A DNA stretch of 64,000 bases from the human T2T-CHM13v2.0 reference genome, Homo sapiens. The DNA lies in NCBI RefSeq assembly GCF_009914755.1, contig NC_060928.1; one strand, 5' to 3'. Both the position numbers and the translations under genes were made by a program. Shown here piece by piece: positions 58,129-64,000 of the stretch; the stretch's first letter is position 1; each line of letters opens with the position of its first letter. The notes below the pieces were generated by a model that was not told the origin of the DNA, did no database searches, and worked only from the letters and a program-made list of their open reading frames with translations.

Positions 58129-59644
58129 ACAATGAGATCACATGGACACAGGAAGGGGAATATCACACTCTGGGGACTGTTGTGGGGTGCGGGGAGGGGG
58201 GAGGGATAGCATTGGGAGATATACCTAATGCTAGATGACGAGTTAGTGGGTGCAGCACACCAGCATGGCACATGTATACATATGTAACTAACCTGCACAA
58301 TGTGCACATGTACCCTAAAACTTAAAGTATAATTAAAAAAAAAATACAAAAAAAAAACCAAAAACACAAAGAACCCCTAATAACATCAAAACTTAGATGC
58401 AAATTCACTATTCTTACCAATGACCTGTGCCTAAGTGAACATAAAATCAACCATTTCTATACATAACATTTCTCTTCCTTAAGACCAAATTTTTGAAATA
58501 ATGACTTGGACAAAATTCTAATTTCTATTGCATGATCAACTGGTTGAGTGATATTTTCAGCTTTACTTTCTAATTCTTTTTAGCAGCTCTCAGAACATTT
58601 CTAAACCCATATATCATTATTAAATGCCTTTTAAATAATAGTTTTTAAAATCATTATATTTAATAGGACTAAGATATAATAGAAATTTGAAGTAGTTTTT
58701 ATACTTATGTCAAATTATCCTAAAGGCACAGGATCATTAGTGGAGAAATCTGATTCTCAAAAATGTTTCAGATAAATTAATACTATTCTGGAGGGGAAGA
58801 GAACAGATTAATCAGTGAAAAGGAAAGATAATGTTAATGAGTTAAGCACCTAATTATTTTAACTTATTTCAGTATTGATTTAAATAATGTTCGATGGAAG
58901 AGGCTGTCTTATCCATGGTCAATACCAATTTAAATTGCTTTAAGAGAATTATTTATTTATACTTTTCTGTGGTACATTTTAATAACATTAAACTACTTAG
59001 TCTTCAAGAGGTGAGATTTTTTTAAAGTGTACTTTTTAAAGAGAAATGACAAAACAATAAAAACAAACACCATAATTTTGGTTAAGTAAAAAAATCTACT
59101 TCTAAATTTTTGTAAATGTTAGAAGTAGAAAGCAGCAAAATCAAAGTTGCATTTTTACAAAGTCGTTTGTATTTTTTAATAGTTGTTTTCCCACTATGGC
59201 CTTCAAAATAAATTTTCTTTCAATATAAAGATACTTGTGAAAACAATCACAAATTTTATACTATTACTCCAGAAATAAATTCATAATTATGTATATAATG
59301 CTGGAACATTTCTTATTTTTAAATATTTGAAAGGCAAAAATGTTATATTACTGTTATACACTTTGCTTTTGGCTAATGAGATTAAACATTTCCATTTCGT
59401 TTCTGTTAATTGTCTGATAATGTCCATACTGAAATTTTATGTTTGCCTTTTACAAAACTTTGAAGTCCAGAGAGGGCAAACAGATAGGTATTTTCCAATG
59501 CTTTCATATTTTATAAGCACCTTTCTATCAGCTGATTACTTATCTAGGTAAGTTATGTTTCTGTGTGTTTAGGAAGAAGTGAGGATCAAATCATTTAGGT
59601 TATAGTAATATATTTTTACATATATCACAATTCCCATTCTTCTT

Positions 59645-59920
59645 CTTTTTTAAGAGATAGAGTCTTACTGTGTTGCCCAGGCTGGAGTGCAGTGGCACAA
59701 CCATAGCTCACTGTAACCTCAAACAACTGGGCTCAAGTAATCCTCCTGCCTCAGCCTCCCAAGAAGCCAGGACTAAAGGTGTGTGCCACCATGCCTGGCT
59801 AGTTTTTTTTTTTTTTTTTTTTTTTGGATAGATGGGTGTCTCAGAGCTGGTCTCAAACTCCTAGCCTCAATCAATCCTCCTGCCTCAGCCTCCCAAAGTG
59901 CTGGGATTAGAGGCATGAGA
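59645..59920 (-). mobile_element. AluJ-like element with expanded middle poly-A
   Basis: catagctcactgtaacctcaaac...gggctcaagtaatcctcc J-type diagnostics, flanking cccattcttctt duplication. Confidence 0.9.
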
Positions 59921-61338
59921 CCCATTCTTCTTTTAAAATTATTTTAGCTAATTATGCTCATTTTTAAAATTTTAATATATATTACTGATATTCATGTCTC
60001 TAAACTTGCTTACTATTAATTCATTGTCTTTGACAATTGGATAGGAAAGCATACATAACACCAATTTTAAATTAGTTCATTTGATGAGCTAACTAGATTC
60101 CTTCCAAAAACATTGATGTGGGGAAAGGCACAAAATCAACAAGGCAAGGGATTGTATTTTTAGTCATGTGAACTACCACAGAGAAAAAATGAGTGCAATA
60201 TTATCAGGAGAACAGGTTCTTCATTTTCTACATCTATGTTTGATGAGCTTATTTTTGCCTGAGGTGAGGTGGGCCCCTAGGTACATGACGACACAAGGGC
60301 TGATCATTCTCACCTCCTTTTGTGTAAATGTCTTCTGTTAGGTATTGGATTCAGTTTGTTAGCACCTAAATATCCTCCTGATAGCCGTAAGGAAGAAATA
60401 GCATGTAAATACTATTTTATTTATATTTCAATATTGGGTAATGAAATGATGGTCAAAAGATGATGATGTTATTTTATCCAATGAAATGACACGGTGTTGA
60501 ATATACTTAATTAGGGAGTAGAGTTATAAGTATGTTTGCTGAAGTCAATAATGTTTGACCTTTGCAAAAGATGACAAAGCAAAAGTGTTAGCTAAAAACT
60601 AATCCATTAAATTATTACTTTTTATAATTGATATTATTTTTGGCTATCAAATGCAGCCTGAATTTTTTTTCTAATGTTCAGAGCACAAGATATTTTGAAA
60701 AACAATGAGAGAAAATCTTCCTTTTTCTTTTTCTTCCTTTAGTGACACTGGGGTGTAAGAATGAATTTTAGTCTCCCCCAAAATCTAATCACCTCTGAAC
60801 TGGCTTGGTGATCAGCTTGTTTTTAGGAATACATTTTTACTTAGAAAAGAATCAGTATTTGTTTTAAGCAACACCAAATCCTTGGGGGTCCTTTCCTGAT
60901 CTTACATATAAATAGTAATAATCACATTTTTAAATAGTTTAATGTTTCTGTTATCTTTTAAACTATTAAAAAAATAAACTAACACTAAACTTTCCAAGAG
61001 AATGGCAAAAGCACTGAGGCCACTCTTGTGTGGTTGGTAACTTATCTGCAGTTTTATTAAAATAACTGCTGAGACTGTTTATATGCTTTTTAAATATTCA
61101 CAGACATTTAAAAATAGAATGCATTTTCTTCTTTAATTTTCAGTTAAAAGAAAGAAATACTTCTGAATCACTGAATATGGACTCACCATAATGAATCTGC
61201 TAATTCCCGATTATGTGTCTTGTGGTTTAGTTAAATGACAACTGCATATTTTTGAAGATCAACTACTAATTAGTTCTCAGCGGATTCACAGGAATACTGC
61301 TTTCCCTCAATTTGGAAAAGATCATTATAATACTGAAA

Positions 61339-61583
61339 TTTCTCATTTTCATTTGTATATTGTACCCTGTAAGCTGTACTATTTTTGTTTCTCATTTTCA
61401 TTTGTATATTGTACCCTGTAAGCTGTACTATTTTTGTTTCTCATTTTCATTTGTATATTGTACCCTGTAAGCTGTACTATTTTTGTTTCTCATTTTCATT
61501 TGTATATTGTACCCTGTAAGCTGTACTATTTTTGTTTCTCATTTTCATTTGTATATTGTACCCTGTAAGCTGTGCTATTTTTG
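61339..61583. repeat. 49-bp minisatellite, 5 copies
   Basis: Unit tttctcattttcatttgtatattgtaccctgtaagctgtactatttttg. Four copies are identical and the fifth has one A>G change. Confidence 0.97.
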
Positions 61584-62683
61584 CACAACTTGTACTCAGT
61601 GCTTTCCTCCTGAAGTTGAAAATATTTATGGTTGAAAGCTTAAAAACAAATCAAGACATGTGATCCACAATTTAAATATTAAACTCATTTTAAAATTGAA
61701 GCCATTCATAATTTTCCACTCAGACATTATCAGTGAGTTTTACTTCTTTTGTTCCTGCTACCCAATCTTGATATTTTTTTACTCCATTCTAGTTATTTCA
61801 CCCACTGCTAAGCATTTCTTTTTTTCTTCCATAAGGACAAATTCAAGGAAAAATGGTAGTTATAGACAACACTTTTTTAAACTTTAGCAATGAAACAGCT
61901 TAACTGAATCCCATGAAAAAAGTGTATGTTCTTTAACTTTGTTTATTTTCTTTATTGGGTAAAGTAATATTCAAGAACATGTTAAATAAGTTGGGATCTG
62001 GAAGCAGCTTTCTAATATTTTACCATTAAAGTGAAATTACAGGATATATTGTGGTTCTGGATAAGTTACATATCCTTATATAAACATGTTACTTACAACT
62101 ATATTAAACAGAAGAATAAAAAGTGGTACTCTTAAATAATTGACAATTACACTCTTTCCTAGAAATTTGGGTAAAACATTTGGTAGGTGCAATAATGTCT
62201 TATACATTTCAAAGGCTGTCAGTTAGCAATCCAGACTGTTTCCCAATAGGTAAATTCAACAACGGTTAGATTCCCCACAATATAGACAGTAGTAAAGTGG
62301 CTGATTAAAAAGATGGGAAAGTTTATCACTAGCAATTAAAGAAGCTTCCATTCCAGTTAGATAACTGATAGAATAATTAAATAAAGGATACGTACATATA
62401 TGTATATTCCTAAAATCAATGGTCAAGACAAGAAGTATTATAACAGTTAGAGAAGTAAAAAAAAAAAAAAAAAAAAAAAAGACATAGCTGGGCCAAAGAA
62501 GGCAAATTATGATAATTGAGAACATGGGAATGGATTTCTTTTTCAAGACACCTTGGTGACTAATGCAATATTTGGAAGATTGTTGAAAATAAGCATTAGA
62601 ATTTCTGGTGGAATTAATTTAAAACTGTACCTTGTTGAAGTATATTTAAAACACACATATAAAGTAGCAAACAGAACAATTAC

Positions 62684-62811
62684 CTTTAAAATTGGGTCTG
62701 ATTCTTGCATCATATCCTGATGTCCTGCCCATTAATTTATCCAGAAAATCAGAAGGTGACATTGGAGCACTTCGAGATCTTGCACTGTCTGTTTCCTTTG
62801 TGGCAACCAAA
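62684..62811 (-). CDS. GLRA3: GLRA3 coding exon (exon 2, 128 bp): end of signal peptide and start of extracellular domain
   Basis: Minus strand tttgtag|TTTGGTTGCC...TTTAAAG|gtaatt translates (S)[42 protein letters not shown](G). [14 protein letters not shown] is the alpha-3 N-terminus as I recall it. Ends in phase 1, matching the next exon. Confidence 0.97.
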
Positions 62812-64000
62812 CTACAAATAAGAACAAAAATATAGACTTTACAAAAAGAAGTATTTCTAATAATTGTTACCTACAAATATAAAATAGAAATGCTGAGCTA
62901 AATATCTTTGGCAACAAAACATAAACCTTTAGATATCATACAGTGAAGATTATAATAAGATAGACATTTATAGATTTATAGTCAATACTTGTAAGGTTTC
63001 ATATCTATTCAGTCCAATTGTCAGAGGTGGCATTCTTTTGTATTAGACCTGAAAACAAAGGCCACTTCCAAAATATTAAGCTTTCAAATCTGTGTTTACA
63101 AAAGCCTTATTTCTGATAGCAATTTTTAACCAAATGTATCCTTATTGCTTTAGGTGTAAGAAAACATTAAAATTCAACTGTGAACTACAATCTTATTGCT
63201 TTTATTGAGGGAAAACATCTCTTTTCAGGTTTTGTGAATTATTCTTAGCAGTAAAAAACTTCTGTCTAATAAATTAAACAATGTTTTTTTCTTCAATTAG
63301 AGTGCTTCCTGAATTAGCAACACACAAAGTTAAATTCATTCTGCTTTTACCTACATGTCATTAGTCTACAATACCTTTCGTTCAGATCTAAAATTTGTGT
63401 GTCAAGATTGAGAAATTGCCATAAATGTACCATGTGCACCTGGATATTATATTAGTAGAACCTGTGTCCAGGAAAGGTAGTGTGTTCCTATATTCTTTTC
63501 ATTCAATTTTTTCCTTTGTGTCCAGCCACTTATCCTAGAAACCCATAGTGTAGGCTGCTTCTCCTGTCCAGCTCTTCACTTACATAGCCTTCTCCAACAG
63601 AAGCTGGGGCCTGCTTGTTAAGATCAAATGATTCTTTTTATCCACAGAGTTTTGCTCAGGAAAGTGACACTGACTTTCTGGAACTGATGTGTTCAAGCTG
63701 ATGTCACTTCCTGAAGATCATCAATCATCACATGCTCCCAGCTCTGTCATTCAACTCAGGACATTGCCAAATCAAACCATTTGGGTCACCACATGATCAT
63801 AACAAGATCAGTTATTAAATTCCTTAGATTTCTCCTGCCAGAATTTTAGTGAGAAGTACAACTGGGGCTTAGAGCCATCATCATTAAGTTGTTTACCACA
63901 GGGATATATGCAGTGATTCATGGGCACAGTTTTAAAATCTCATCAATCTTGGTGATAATATGAGAATGAGATTTCTGTAAGCACAGAATCACAAATAACA

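Noticed and set aside
61339-61583. CRISPR-like repeat array
   Set aside because: Head-to-tail repeats with no unique spacers, no cas genes, and eukaryotic context. It is a minisatellite.

Overview
Primate, human-like genomic DNA: AT-rich, repeat-dense and eukaryotic. The window lies inside the glycine receptor alpha-3 gene (GLRA3, a Cys-loop chloride channel) on the minus strand. It holds three coding exons with canonical AG/GT boundaries and matching phases (62684-62811, 40827-40894, 2335-2558; by recalled gene structure exons 2-4). Spliced, they read [85 protein letters not shown]...NGNVLYSIR. The rest is intron. It carries a full-length but mutationally dead young L1PA (antisense to the gene), older L1M/L2/MIR fragments, Alus, MaLR/ERVL LTRs, MADE1/MER DNA-transposon relics, microsatellites and a 49-bp minisatellite. 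I see no evidence of a new multi-gene system. The best leads are regulatory and all untested: a candidate poison exon with an immediate in-frame stop between inverted Alus, an L1 antisense promoter pointing into exon 3, a (UG)16 tract next to exon 3, a strong CTCF-like motif and a VNTR. Repeat subfamily names and old-repeat boundaries are by eye and approximate.
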